IMG/VR virus record: IMGVR_UViG_3300008448_000009
Span: 55,282 to 119,281 of that record
Source: a virus
Strand: one strand, 5' to 3'
Length of the DNA: 64,000 bases
The notes under the pieces: generated by a model
Database searches by the model: none
What the model was told of the DNA's origin: nothing
What the model saw: the letters and a program-made list of their open reading frames with translations, nothing else
Shown here: in pieces, positions 20,754 to 29,421 of the stretch
Numbering within the stretch: the first letter of the stretch is position 1
Layout: each line of letters starts with the position of its first letter
Position numbers and translations under genes: made by a program

Positions 20754-22018
20754 AAATCAGCGATAGCTTCTTTAATTTCTTCAATAGACATTTCGTCAAT
20801 ATTCATTTCTTCATCCATGGTAGCACCAGCGATTTTATCAGCATATGTGATTTTATCTTTAGGTTCAGCCAAAGCAGCAAATTCTTTATCTTTATCTGAC
20901 ATTTCTTCATTAACATCTGGATATTGTCTGTTAAAGTAATCTCTAGCTTTATCCATACCAGTAGACAATTTTTGAGAAATAACATTTTTCAAATCTCTAC
21001 CAGCATCACCTAACAATTGAAGTAATTCAGCAGCAGACATATTGTCTAATCTATCCATCAATTCATCATTTGACATCTCATCTTCTTCGTTCATGTTTCT
21101 TAACATAGACAAATCGTCACCATCAATTTTACCATTGTGGTTCATATCAATTTTACTTTGATTACCGTGTAGTTCTTCTTCCATGTAACTTTCATCATAC
21201 ATGTTTTCTTCCATGTAACTTTCATCATACATGTTTTCTTCCATGTAACCTTCATCAGTTTTTTCAAAAGTTTCTGGGTTTCTACCTTGTTTGTTAGCAG
21301 TAGCGTAATAAACTTCTTCACCTTTATCGGCACCATATTGGTCTTTCATTTTGTCCATAACTGGTTTATCAAATTCTAACATGCTGTCGATATATTTTTC
21401 TTCTTCAGTCATTTCCATATCATCACCAAACATACCTTCATCAACAAATCCGTTGCCTGTCATTTCAGCAAATCCAGCCCAACCTTCGTCAATTTTTTTA
21501 ACTTTTTCAATGTCGTTTTTAGTTTTACCGTTAGCCAAGTTATCACCAAAACCATCTTCTTCAGAACCTTCTTTAGACTCTTGTTTTAAGTCATGACCTT
21601 TTTTGTCTACAATGTGTTTAGACGCAAAGTTTTCTTCGTTCAACAAATCATCGTCTTCAAATACGTTGATGTTGCTATCTGTACCATAAGCTTCTGCCAA
21701 AGATTTAAACGTTAAGTTTAAATGTTTAGTTGCTTTAGCATATGATGGATAAGCTTCTTTCTTTTTGTTTTGCAAACCACCAATGTATTTAAAATCTTCA
21801 GTTACAAGTTTTGAAGTTTTATCTGATACTTTTATGTAATATTCGTGATTTTCTCTAACGATAGCGTAAGCTTTACCGTCTGGACCCATTTTAGTCAATT
21901 CAATAACTGAACGAGAAACATTTTCATTGATAGGTGTAATACCCATAAGTTGTTTCATACGTTCATTGATTTCGTTTCCTTTTAAACCAACTGGGTTAAT
22001 TTTAAAATCTTTTTTCAT
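20738..22018 (-). CDS. acidic prohead core-like protein
   Basis: 426 aa, many (L/I/M)xE sites, ends DLKKKL on slippery TTTAAAAAAAAAAC. Confidence 0.7.
   Translation of the reverse strand: MKKDFKINPVGLKGNEINERMKQLMGITPINENVSRSVIELTKMGPDGKAYAIVRENHEYYIKVSDKTSKLVTEDFKYIGGLQNKKKEAYPSYAKATKHLNLTFKSLAEAYGTDSNINVFEDDDLLNEENFASKHIVDKKGHDLKQESKEGSEEDGFGDNLANGKTKNDIEKVKKIDEGWAGFAEMTGNGFVDEGMFGDDMEMTEEEKYIDSMLEFDKPVMDKMKDQYGADKGEEVYYATANKQGRNPETFEKTDEGYMEENMYDESYMEENMYDESYMEEELHGNQSKIDMNHNGKIDGDDLSMLRNMNEEDEMSNDELMDRLDNMSAAELLQLLGDAGRDLKNVISQKLSTGMDKARDYFNRQYPDVNEEMSDKDKEFAALAEPKDKITYADKIAGATMDEEMNIDEMSIEEIKEAIADLKKKL
21176..21257 (-). repeat. 30-bp in-frame tandem repeat (YMEENMYDES)
   Basis: ccatgtaactttcatcatacatgttttctt about 2.5 copies. 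Confidence 0.85.
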
Positions 22019-22041
22019 ATTTTTAATTTTATTTGTTTTTA

Positions 22042-22284
22042 TTATAATTGAGTCGACCCTTGATAAACATCTTGGTTAGTACCTAATAACCAACAACCAG
22101 ACCCACCACTAACAGTTTTAACCCATATATTTATATTTGATGAACTAGCTACGCTTATATTTACACCGTTTACTGTTATATTACAACCAGCGCTACCACC
22201 ATATATTTCAGTATATGTGTGTGCTGTTAAATTAGCTGTTTGTGCTGACACAATAACATCATGTATGTTTGAAAAATTTGCCAT
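22042..22284 (-). CDS. small virion (decoration-like) protein, paralog of the N-terminus of 22563..24977
   Basis: YxxxYGGxxGCxxxxNG...IxVKxxSGGxGC shared; late promoter 22301. Confidence 0.6.
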   Translation of the reverse strand: MANFSNIHDVIVSAQTANLTAHTYTEIYGGSAGCNITVNGVNISVASSSNINIWVKTVSGGSGCWLLGTNQDVYQGSTQL

Positions 22285-22347
22285 ATTATTATGTTTCTTA
22301 ATAAATATTCATAAAAACAAAAAAAGCTCTATTACAGAGCTTTTTAT

Positions 22348-22563
22348 TTATATAGTATCTAAAAGATTATCTAAAAGATTATCTAATTCATTTGGAGAAT
22401 TGTTTTCGTTGCAAACAACACCAAAAGAACTTAACCTATCTTTTAATTCGTCTAAACTATTAAAATATTCTAAATTAGGTTGACCAGTTGAAACAACTTG
22501 ACCATCATTAAGTTCACAATAGTGAAATATATCTATTGAATTATGTGCTAAAAAATATGTCAT
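22348..22563 (-). CDS. hypothetical protein
   Basis: MTYFLAHN start overlaps DUF285 gene stop. Confidence 0.5.
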   Translation of the reverse strand: MTYFLAHNSIDIFHYCELNDGQVVSTGQPNLEYFNSLDELKDRLSSFGVVCNENNSPNELDNLLDNLLDTI

Positions 22564-24977
22564 TATACTAATCCTCCATCTATTATTGTCCAATTGTTAG
22601 GTGCCGATGTTAATGTATTTCTAGCTGAAACGGCTGCGCTAGTATATTTTATTGTACCCATATTCAATAATTGGTTAGGTCTTACATTCCTAGTAGCCCA
22701 GCCAATCAACAAGGCATCATAATTTGCTGTTGAATAGTCATTAAATGTTTTACCAAACATAAAACCAGTTGTAAAACCACTTGAACTAAACGTAGTCACA
22801 CCACTTATATTCCAATTGTTGATTGGTTGATTGAAACCAGTTTGATAATTAAACATGTCTGTAGCACCAGTTAATCGTCTAACATCCCAGTTATTTATTG
22901 AAGGTGAATTTCCGTTGTTAAATGACCCAATAATTCCACCAGTTGTATTTGGGTTGGTAATACCAAACATGATAGACATAGTAGTAACACCAGAAACTGT
23001 CCATGCAGAATAACTAGACCCACTAACTGTAACTTGTTTTGTTCCTATATCTTGATTAAAATTAGGTTGGTTTTGAAACATTTGAGACATATTTGTAACC
23101 CTTCTAGTATCCCAATTTCCAATGTTTTGGTTAAAACTACCAGATAATCTACCAGCTGTTGCTGGGCTATAACAAAAAAACATAAAATTCATAGTAGTTG
23201 CACTTGTTGTATTCCACGCAACATATGATGAACCACTAATTGTAACTACCTTTGTTGAAATATCTTGATTAAAATAAGGTAGACCTGTAAACATTTGAGT
23301 CATATTTGTAACTCTGGTAGTATTCCAATTTCCAATGTTTTGATTAAACTCACCATCAATAACAATATTATTAAATATAAGACCCATATTAGTAACGTTA
23401 GATGTATTCCACGCAACATATGAAGACCCACTAACTGTAACTACCTTTGTTGATATATTTTGGTTGAAATTAGGTTGGTTTTGGAACATACTACTCATAT
23501 TTGTAACTCTACTTGTGTTCCAGTTTCCTATATTTTGATTAAAAGACCCCGTTGTAGGTGAAGAACAATTAAACGCACTGGCAAAATTAGTAACATTACC
23601 AACATCCCATGCAACATAAGAAGACCCACTAACTGTAACAACTTTTGTTGATATATCTTGATTAAAATTTATTTTATTTCCAAAAATAGCTTGCATCGTT
23701 GTTACCTTGCTAGTATTCCAATTTCCAATGTTTTGGTTAAACAATCCGTTAGTAGCAGTTCCACCTTGAAAAAAATTCATATTAGTAACATTACTAGTAT
23801 CCCAAGCAATATAGTTATTTGAACCCACAGTAACAACTTTAGTCGATATATCTTGGTTGAAATTTATTTGGCTTTGGAACATAGCACTCATATTTGTAAC
23901 TTTGCTAGTATTCCAATTTCCAATGTTTTGGTTAAAAGAACCACCAACACCACCAGTGATACTTAATCCAAACATAAAATTCATATCAGTAACATTACTT
24001 GTATCCCATGCAATATAAGAAGTACTACCAACTGTAACTACTTTGGTTGATATATCTTGGTTGAAATTATATTGGTTTTGTAACATACTACTCATATTTG
24101 TAACCTTACTAGTGTTCCATTTTGATATATCTTGATTAAAAACACCCCTAATACCAAGAGCCATTGTTGTTCCAAAAGCTAATGTCATTGTAGTCACATT
24201 TTCAGTATTCCAATCACCAATATATGTATTAAAATTAGGTGATTCAAAAAAAGTACTGTTTAAAGTGTTGACATTACTAACATCCCATTCGTTCATTCTA
24301 TTAACAGTAGAAAGTCTAGTACATGCTCTAAAAAGACTTCCAAAGTTTGTAGTACCCTGTAAATTTAAAACATCTTCAACTTCAGATAAATCTAAATTAG
24401 CACAACCAAAAAATTGCCCATTCACATCGCCCAACCTAAAACCAGTACCCCATCTAAATATAGATAACAATTTAAGTCTATCACCAGCGTTTACAAAACC
24501 AAACCCTCGTATTGTTCCAGTTATAGTCAACTGATAAACACCAGCACTTGCGTATGTGTGAGTTGTTTCAGCTTGATTCCACGTGGTAATTCTATCAGTG
24601 CTTCCATCACCCCAATCAACAATAAAGTTATAACTACCAGCAGAATTCAACGGTAATCTAATTTGTGTAGCAGTGCTACTACCAGTGCTAGTTCTAGAAG
24701 TGTCCCAAACACTCACAAAGGTTTGAGGGACATATTTGTATTGTAGTGAATCACCAAAAACATATGGTCTATCACCAGATACTGAACACCCAGTTCCACC
24801 ACTTATTGACTTAACTATAATATCAATAGTCGAATTTGGACCCATTTGAACAGTTGTACCATTTATGTTAACAGTACAACCAGTAAGACCACCGTATACT
24901 TGGTTATAAACTAATTGGTATAGAAATGCATCTTGAGCTGGAACTATAAAATTGTTAATATTATTATTAAAAGGCAT
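22563..24977 (-). CDS. surface protein: decoration-like domain, PKD domain and DUF285 (BspA-like) repeats
   Basis: VDWGDG...HTYASAGVY; repeated FNQxIxxWNTSxVTNMxxMF. Confidence 0.85.
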   Translation of the reverse strand: MPFNNNINNFIVPAQDAFLYQLVYNQVYGGLTGCTVNINGTTVQMGPNSTIDIIVKSISGGTGCSVSGDRPYVFGDSLQYKYVPQTFVSVWDTSRTSTGSSTATQIRLPLNSAGSYNFIVDWGDGSTDRITTWNQAETTHTYASAGVYQLTITGTIRGFGFVNAGDRLKLLSIFRWGTGFRLGDVNGQFFGCANLDLSEVEDVLNLQGTTNFGSLFRACTRLSTVNRMNEWDVSNVNTLNSTFFESPNFNTYIGDWNTENVTTMTLAFGTTMALGIRGVFNQDISKWNTSKVTNMSSMLQNQYNFNQDISTKVVTVGSTSYIAWDTSNVTDMNFMFGLSITGGVGGSFNQNIGNWNTSKVTNMSAMFQSQINFNQDISTKVVTVGSNNYIAWDTSNVTNMNFFQGGTATNGLFNQNIGNWNTSKVTTMQAIFGNKINFNQDISTKVVTVSGSSYVAWDVGNVTNFASAFNCSSPTTGSFNQNIGNWNTSRVTNMSSMFQNQPNFNQNISTKVVTVSGSSYVAWNTSNVTNMGLIFNNIVIDGEFNQNIGNWNTTRVTNMTQMFTGLPYFNQDISTKVVTISGSSYVAWNTTSATTMNFMFFCYSPATAGRLSGSFNQNIGNWDTRRVTNMSQMFQNQPNFNQDIGTKQVTVSGSSYSAWTVSGVTTMSIMFGITNPNTTGGIIGSFNNGNSPSINNWDVRRLTGATDMFNYQTGFNQPINNWNISGVTTFSSSGFTTGFMFGKTFNDYSTANYDALLIGWATRNVRPNQLLNMGTIKYTSAAVSARNTLTSAPNNWTIIDGGLV

Positions 24978-25043
24978 AATTTACTTGGTTTAACAATAAA
25001 TATCGCGTAAAAAACAAAAAAAGCTCTATAACAGAGCTTTTAT

Positions 25044-25550
25044 TTATTTATCTTTATAATCTTTCAATATGTTTTGTATCGAATCAATTAATTGTTTTTG
25101 TTTTTCAGGGACTTTTGTTATCGTCGTTTTAGTTTCAATTATTTTCTCTTTTGGTGTTTGTCTAATCATAGCATGCGCAACAACACTGCTATCACTACCA
25201 CTACCCATACCGTTAGACCTTTCATCTCTGACAACAGCATAAACTCTTTCGTTTGACCTAACAGTCGTTTTTGTAGTTGTTTCTGGTTTAATCTTAGCCA
25301 TTTCCTCTAACAAGTTTTTAATAGCAATCATATCCCTATCTTTATTATTATTGGATTCTATTAGAGTATTGTTTATTGACATTGTTTCAGTGTAATTTTT
25401 TACAAGGACCTGATATTGAGCAGCTAAACCATTACAATCATCAGTTTTTAGATAAACAGTCAACACTGCCGACGCAGTAGACAAGAAAGCCGCGAACAAA
25501 AAAGCTTGCAATCTGTGAGTTGGTTTAAGGTTTTTAATGATTTCAAACAT
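25044..25550 (-). CDS. membrane-anchored coiled-coil protein
   Basis: N-terminal AFLFAAFLSTASAVLTVYL; late promoter 25566. Confidence 0.55.
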   Translation of the reverse strand: MFEIIKNLKPTHRLQAFLFAAFLSTASAVLTVYLKTDDCNGLAAQYQVLVKNYTETMSINNTLIESNNNKDRDMIAIKNLLEEMAKIKPETTTKTTVRSNERVYAVVRDERSNGMGSGSDSSVVAHAMIRQTPKEKIIETKTTITKVPEKQKQLIDSIQNILKDYKDK

Positions 25551-25595
25551 GATGTTAATTTATTAATAAATATAACACTTCATGGTTAATATAAT

Positions 25596-25925
25596 TTATT
25601 CTACAATTTTTTCAACATAAGTACAAATTTCTCCAGATACAAACCCTTTCTCTAATAGCAAAGGTAATGATGCTGGTTTACACCATGCATATACCAACCA
25701 ATTTGAATATTTTGTTTTAACATATTCCCATCTTGTATCCCATAACATACGGAATATACCTTTGCGTCTATGGTCGTCATGAACCCATGCGTCTAAGAAT
25801 TTAATCTTTTTATTTTCTTCCCTTTCCATGTAAATATGACCAACAATTTCACCGTTAATCATAGCAATCCATGTTTCTAGTTTTTGACCATTGCTTTTTA
25901 AATGTACTATTTTAATATCATTCAT
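25596..25925 (-). CDS. GNAT acetyltransferase
   Basis: WVHDDHRRKGIF acetyl-CoA motif A; LLEKGF. Confidence 0.75.
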   Translation of the reverse strand: MNDIKIVHLKSNGQKLETWIAMINGEIVGHIYMEREENKKIKFLDAWVHDDHRRKGIFRMLWDTRWEYVKTKYSNWLVYAWCKPASLPLLLEKGFVSGEICTYVEKIVE

Positions 25926-26083
25926 TTTTTATTGTTTTATTTATTTTATTATTTTTATCAACAGTCTCATGGTTATTATCAAGCGATGTCACCACAAAAA
26001 TCAAAAATCCTATAGCTAATATTGTTTGGATTAATAATATCCAACCACTATATTTTAAATCTTTTAATAATTCATAATATTCT

Positions 26084-26287
26084 TTATGATTCATCTTTTG
26101 TTATCCCTAATGTTTCGTTTTTATATATTTTAATTTGGTTTGAAAAATAATGTCTAACATGACCACCATTACAAAGGGCAACACACCAGATGTCATTTTC
26201 AAATTGGCCACCGTTAGTCACGTATATCGCGTAACCTTCTTTGTCACCTTCTACAATTACTGGTATTGGATTTTGGAACTCTAACAT
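26084..26287 (-). CDS. hypothetical protein
   Basis: 67 aa after thyA. Confidence 0.55.
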   Translation of the reverse strand: MLEFQNPIPVIVEGDKEGYAIYVTNGGQFENDIWCVALCNGGHVRHYFSNQIKIYKNETLGITKDES

Positions 26288-26290
26288 AAT

Positions 26291-27493
26291 TTAGTTACTT
26301 AAAGGTGCTTTAATTGCTGGATGTGATTGATAATTACTTAGTTGTATATCTTCTTCCAACAGACATCTACAAAAATCATCGTTTTTAAACCCTTCAAAAA
26401 CAGCTGTGGCGTCCAACGGACCTTCCCCACACGAACCATTTTGTGTTGGCCAGAATTCTGTGTTAATGTTTACTTTAGGCAACCCCATAGGTTCTCTACC
26501 AATTTGCTCTTTAGCTTGTTCAATATGGTTTGAATATAAATGAACATCACCCAAATTACCAATCAATTGGTCTGGAACCATGTTGACTGATTTTGCAATT
26601 ATTTCTAATAACAATCCATAAGAAGCAATGTTGAATGGTAAACCTAAGAATGTGTCTACTGAACGTTGATTCCACATTAAAGAGATTGCTCGTTTAGGGG
26701 TTTTTTCCCAATCTATTGTAATCGGAGACCTTAATTCACCATTTATACCATAAGAATCTTCAGTAAATACCGCACATAGCCTTTGTCTCTCTTCCATACT
26801 CAACTCTCTTGTATAAACTTGAAATCCATAATGACAAGGTGGAAGAACCATTTGGTCTAATTCACCTACATTCCAAGCATTTACCATTAGTCTACGAGAA
26901 TCTGGATTTGTTTTAAGGTCGTTGATTAGGTTTTGGATTTGGTCTATATGAACATTAGTATTAAACTTACTATACTGTTTTCCACCAATTGGGTGTCCAT
27001 CAATTTCACCATAACCCCATTGTTCTTCTAATGATGCCGATTTCCAATTTCTCCATTGTGCACCATACACAGGACCTAAATTACCATGTTCAGCAGCAAA
27101 TTCAGGTGAGTTTTTTATATTTTCAATAAATTGGTCAACTAGTAGTTTATAAGCTTTTTCAGGGTCTTTACATTTACTTCTCCAATCTTGAGTATAAGTT
27201 TTTTCAATATACTTCTTTGCTGCATCACCATCCCAAATATGACAATTATTATCAACCAAAAACTTAATATTGGTATCACCTCGTAAGAACCAAAGCAATT
27301 CGGTTACGATTGTTTTGAATGGCATTTTCTTTGTAGTCAAGAGAGGAAACCCATCTTTCATATTGTGACGTATTTGTCTTCCGAATACGCTAATGGTACC
27401 CGTACCAGTTCTATCACTTTTAGTAGTACCGTTATCAAGAATGTCTTGAAGAAGGTCTGTGTAATCTTTATCTAGGTTGTTTATAAATCCCAT
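26291..27493 (-). CDS. thyA: thymidylate synthase with insertions
   Basis: DRTGTGT, ELLWFLRG, GPVYGAQWR, LPPCH, NQRSVDTFLGLPFNIASY, DVHLYSNH. Confidence 0.95.
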   Translation of the reverse strand: MGFINNLDKDYTDLLQDILDNGTTKSDRTGTGTISVFGRQIRHNMKDGFPLLTTKKMPFKTIVTELLWFLRGDTNIKFLVDNNCHIWDGDAAKKYIEKTYTQDWRSKCKDPEKAYKLLVDQFIENIKNSPEFAAEHGNLGPVYGAQWRNWKSASLEEQWGYGEIDGHPIGGKQYSKFNTNVHIDQIQNLINDLKTNPDSRRLMVNAWNVGELDQMVLPPCHYGFQVYTRELSMEERQRLCAVFTEDSYGINGELRSPITIDWEKTPKRAISLMWNQRSVDTFLGLPFNIASYGLLLEIIAKSVNMVPDQLIGNLGDVHLYSNHIEQAKEQIGREPMGLPKVNINTEFWPTQNGSCGEGPLDATAVFEGFKNDDFCRCLLEEDIQLSNYQSHPAIKAPLSN

Positions 27494-27517
27494 ATGCTTT
27501 TTCTTTTTCGTTTTATT

Positions 27518-27649
27518 TTATCCAGTAGTAACTGTAGTATCAGCGCTATCATTTGTATCTTCTTCTTCATCCTTTGATTCTTGTATGTGTTGATACCACA
27601 ATGGGTTTGGTAATCCACTGTAATGGTCCCATAACCCATCATCAATCAT
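27518..27649 (-). CDS. 43-aa hypothetical protein (not in ORF track)
   Basis: MIDDGLWDHYSGLPNPLWY... fills intergenic gap. Confidence 0.4.
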   Translation of the reverse strand: MIDDGLWDHYSGLPNPLWYQHIQESKDEEEDTNDSADTTVTTG

Positions 27650-27656
27650 GTCTACT

Positions 27657-27875
27657 TTATTTTTCTCCATCGAAATATTTGTTAATTATTTCTAACCTAT
27701 CTTCAGCGTCAGCTAAAAGTCGTAGTGATTCTGTAGCGTCTGCTAAAAAATCGTTAGCAGTGTGGTCACCTATACCTACACCTTGGTTTTCTAATAAGTC
27801 TAAAGACATTAATGCTTTTTCTTTATCAGCTAGCGCTTGCGCTTTTAATGCTGATATTACTCTTGTTTTTCCCAT
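27657..27875 (-). CDS. hypothetical protein
   Basis: 72 aa, GVGIGDH. Confidence 0.6.
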   Translation of the reverse strand: MGKTRVISALKAQALADKEKALMSLDLLENQGVGIGDHTANDFLADATESLRLLADAEDRLEIINKYFDGEK

Positions 27876-27884
27876 GTTTTTAAT

Positions 27885-28163
27885 TTATTCGTCTTTTTGT
27901 AATTTTAAATATTCGTCTATTTGTTCTAAACTTGGTTTAGCGTTTTCGTGTTCTTTGGTAAAATTATACGTTTTACCGTAGCTAGTTGTAATTTCTTTTG
28001 TACCTTCAAAAAACTCAATAAGTTCTTTCTTGGTGCATGATTCTACAATATGACCTTGGTCATCAGCTATTAGAAAAATATTAGCTGTTGGAATGTGATA
28101 CGCTTTAAGTACATCACCTTCAAAGTTTAATAAACCTAATCGTTTGTAGTCTTTGTTTTTCAT
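27885..28163 (-). CDS. hypothetical protein
   Basis: 92 aa, coupled. Confidence 0.55.
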   Translation of the reverse strand: MKNKDYKRLGLLNFEGDVLKAYHIPTANIFLIADDQGHIVESCTKKELIEFFEGTKEITTSYGKTYNFTKEHENAKPSLEQIDEYLKLQKDE

Positions 28164-28585
28164 TATCTTCTAATTAAAATGTATTTGTAATTTTTTTGCA
28201 ATATTTCAACTTCTGGTTCATAAACTTTTCTAGCAGACTCATAAACCTTTTGGTTAAAATGATAGTTGGTCAGTTTGACTTGAGCCATGCGCACATATTC
28301 ACCATCTGAATCTTTGTGGACTATCTTACCATCATCGGTTGGTAAGAAATAAACCATACCACCTTTGCATCTAGTGTTTTCAGCCAAATCTCTGTAGTTT
28401 CCTCTAAAAACCGTCACATTTATAGGTTTAGACGTCATAGTTCTTTTAGAAACTCTTTCGAAACTAATTGGGTCATAAAGTGGGACATCATCTAAGTCAA
28501 AATGCATAAACAACGGCATATCAACAACACCAATAAAAGGACATCCTTCGACGTCCTTTACTGTTGTTTTATTTGTAATTAACAT
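28163..28585 (-). CDS. hypothetical protein
   Basis: 140 aa, coupled. Confidence 0.55.
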   Translation of the reverse strand: MLITNKTTVKDVEGCPFIGVVDMPLFMHFDLDDVPLYDPISFERVSKRTMTSKPINVTVFRGNYRDLAENTRCKGGMVYFLPTDDGKIVHKDSDGEYVRMAQVKLTNYHFNQKVYESARKVYEPEVEILQKNYKYILIRR

Positions 28586-28587
28586 AA

Positions 28588-29055
28588 TTAGTCAGTTACT
28601 ACACTGGCACCAGCAGAAGCTGTTATGTTCTCGTAATCACCCATGGTTGATTTTAGCTTGGTGTACAATGCTGGGTCGATACTATCAGTTGTTTCATAGT
28701 AAGCAATTACAGCTTGCATTTTTGCAATCATTTCTTTGGTGTAATGATTTAGTTTGATTTGTTTGTCAGCGTCTTTTAACTCGTTAACTTCTTTGATGAT
28801 AGCTGCTGTGTCAACCTTGTCTAACTTTTGAAAATCATATTTTTTGATATGAGAGTTGAAAATAACACCTTGACTGTCTGCTATTTCAAATCTGGTATAA
28901 TCTGTCTCAGAAACATTAGGGTACTTGTACTGCCCACCGTTGTTAAAAATAATAACCAAATCTTTGGTTTGAGTGTCGTAGGTTGAAGCGCAAATATTAG
29001 AAGATGCGTAGATTGCTTTAACCAAATTGTCTTTTGTTTGTTTTTTTAAAATCAT
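28588..29055 (-). CDS. KTSC domain protein
   Basis: SSNIxxxxYD...LVIIFNNGGQYKYPNV...ADSQGVIFNSHIK. Confidence 0.75.
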   Translation of the reverse strand: MILKKQTKDNLVKAIYASSNICASTYDTQTKDLVIIFNNGGQYKYPNVSETDYTRFEIADSQGVIFNSHIKKYDFQKLDKVDTAAIIKEVNELKDADKQIKLNHYTKEMIAKMQAVIAYYETTDSIDPALYTKLKSTMGDYENITASAGASVVTD

Positions 29056-29076
29056 TCTTTTTGTATTAATAAAATG

Positions 29077-29334
29077 TTATTGTGCGTGTGTTTTATAGGA
29101 AACAATATCTTTCATTGGATATATTTTCCCAGTGCTAGTTAGCGAATTGTTGATGTCATCTCGTTCATCAACTATTACGATGATATAATCACCAGTAATC
29201 ATAAGACCACAATCCAAATATTCTAATCTTGTGACCGAAGGTAAACCCTTGGTAATTACCGAATCTTTAAGCAGAAGTTCAACTTTGCTAAATTTAGGTG
29301 CTGTATTTGCCATGTCATTATATAGTTTGTACAA
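29077..29334 (-). CDS. hypothetical protein
   Basis: ORF under divergent TAnnTTTG promoter at 29332-29339; true start may be internal. Confidence 0.5.
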   Translation of the reverse strand: MYKLYNDMANTAPKFSKVELLLKDSVITKGLPSVTRLEYLDCGLMITGDYIIVIVDERDDINNSLTSTGKIYPMKDIVSYKTHAQ

Positions 29335-29395
29335 ATATACGAATATTTATCTAATAAATCAATATTGCATTATTAAAAATAAATTAGTATCTTTG
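29332..29395. promoter_or_regulatory. divergent Bacteroidota sigma-A type promoters
   Basis: CAAATATA (minus) 29332-29339 and TATCTTTG (plus) 29388-29395 match TAnnTTTG. Confidence 0.6.
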
Positions 29396-29421
29396 CTAAA
29401 AATAAAATTAACCCGTTTACT

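Noticed and set aside
22800-24300. Regularly spaced DNA repeats suggesting a CRISPR array or DGR target
   Set aside because: They are in-frame DUF285 protein repeats; no cas or reverse transcriptase gene in the window
26291-27493. Intron or intein in the oversized thyA
   Set aside because: ORF is continuous; extra length is spread over several short insertions lacking intein or homing motifs
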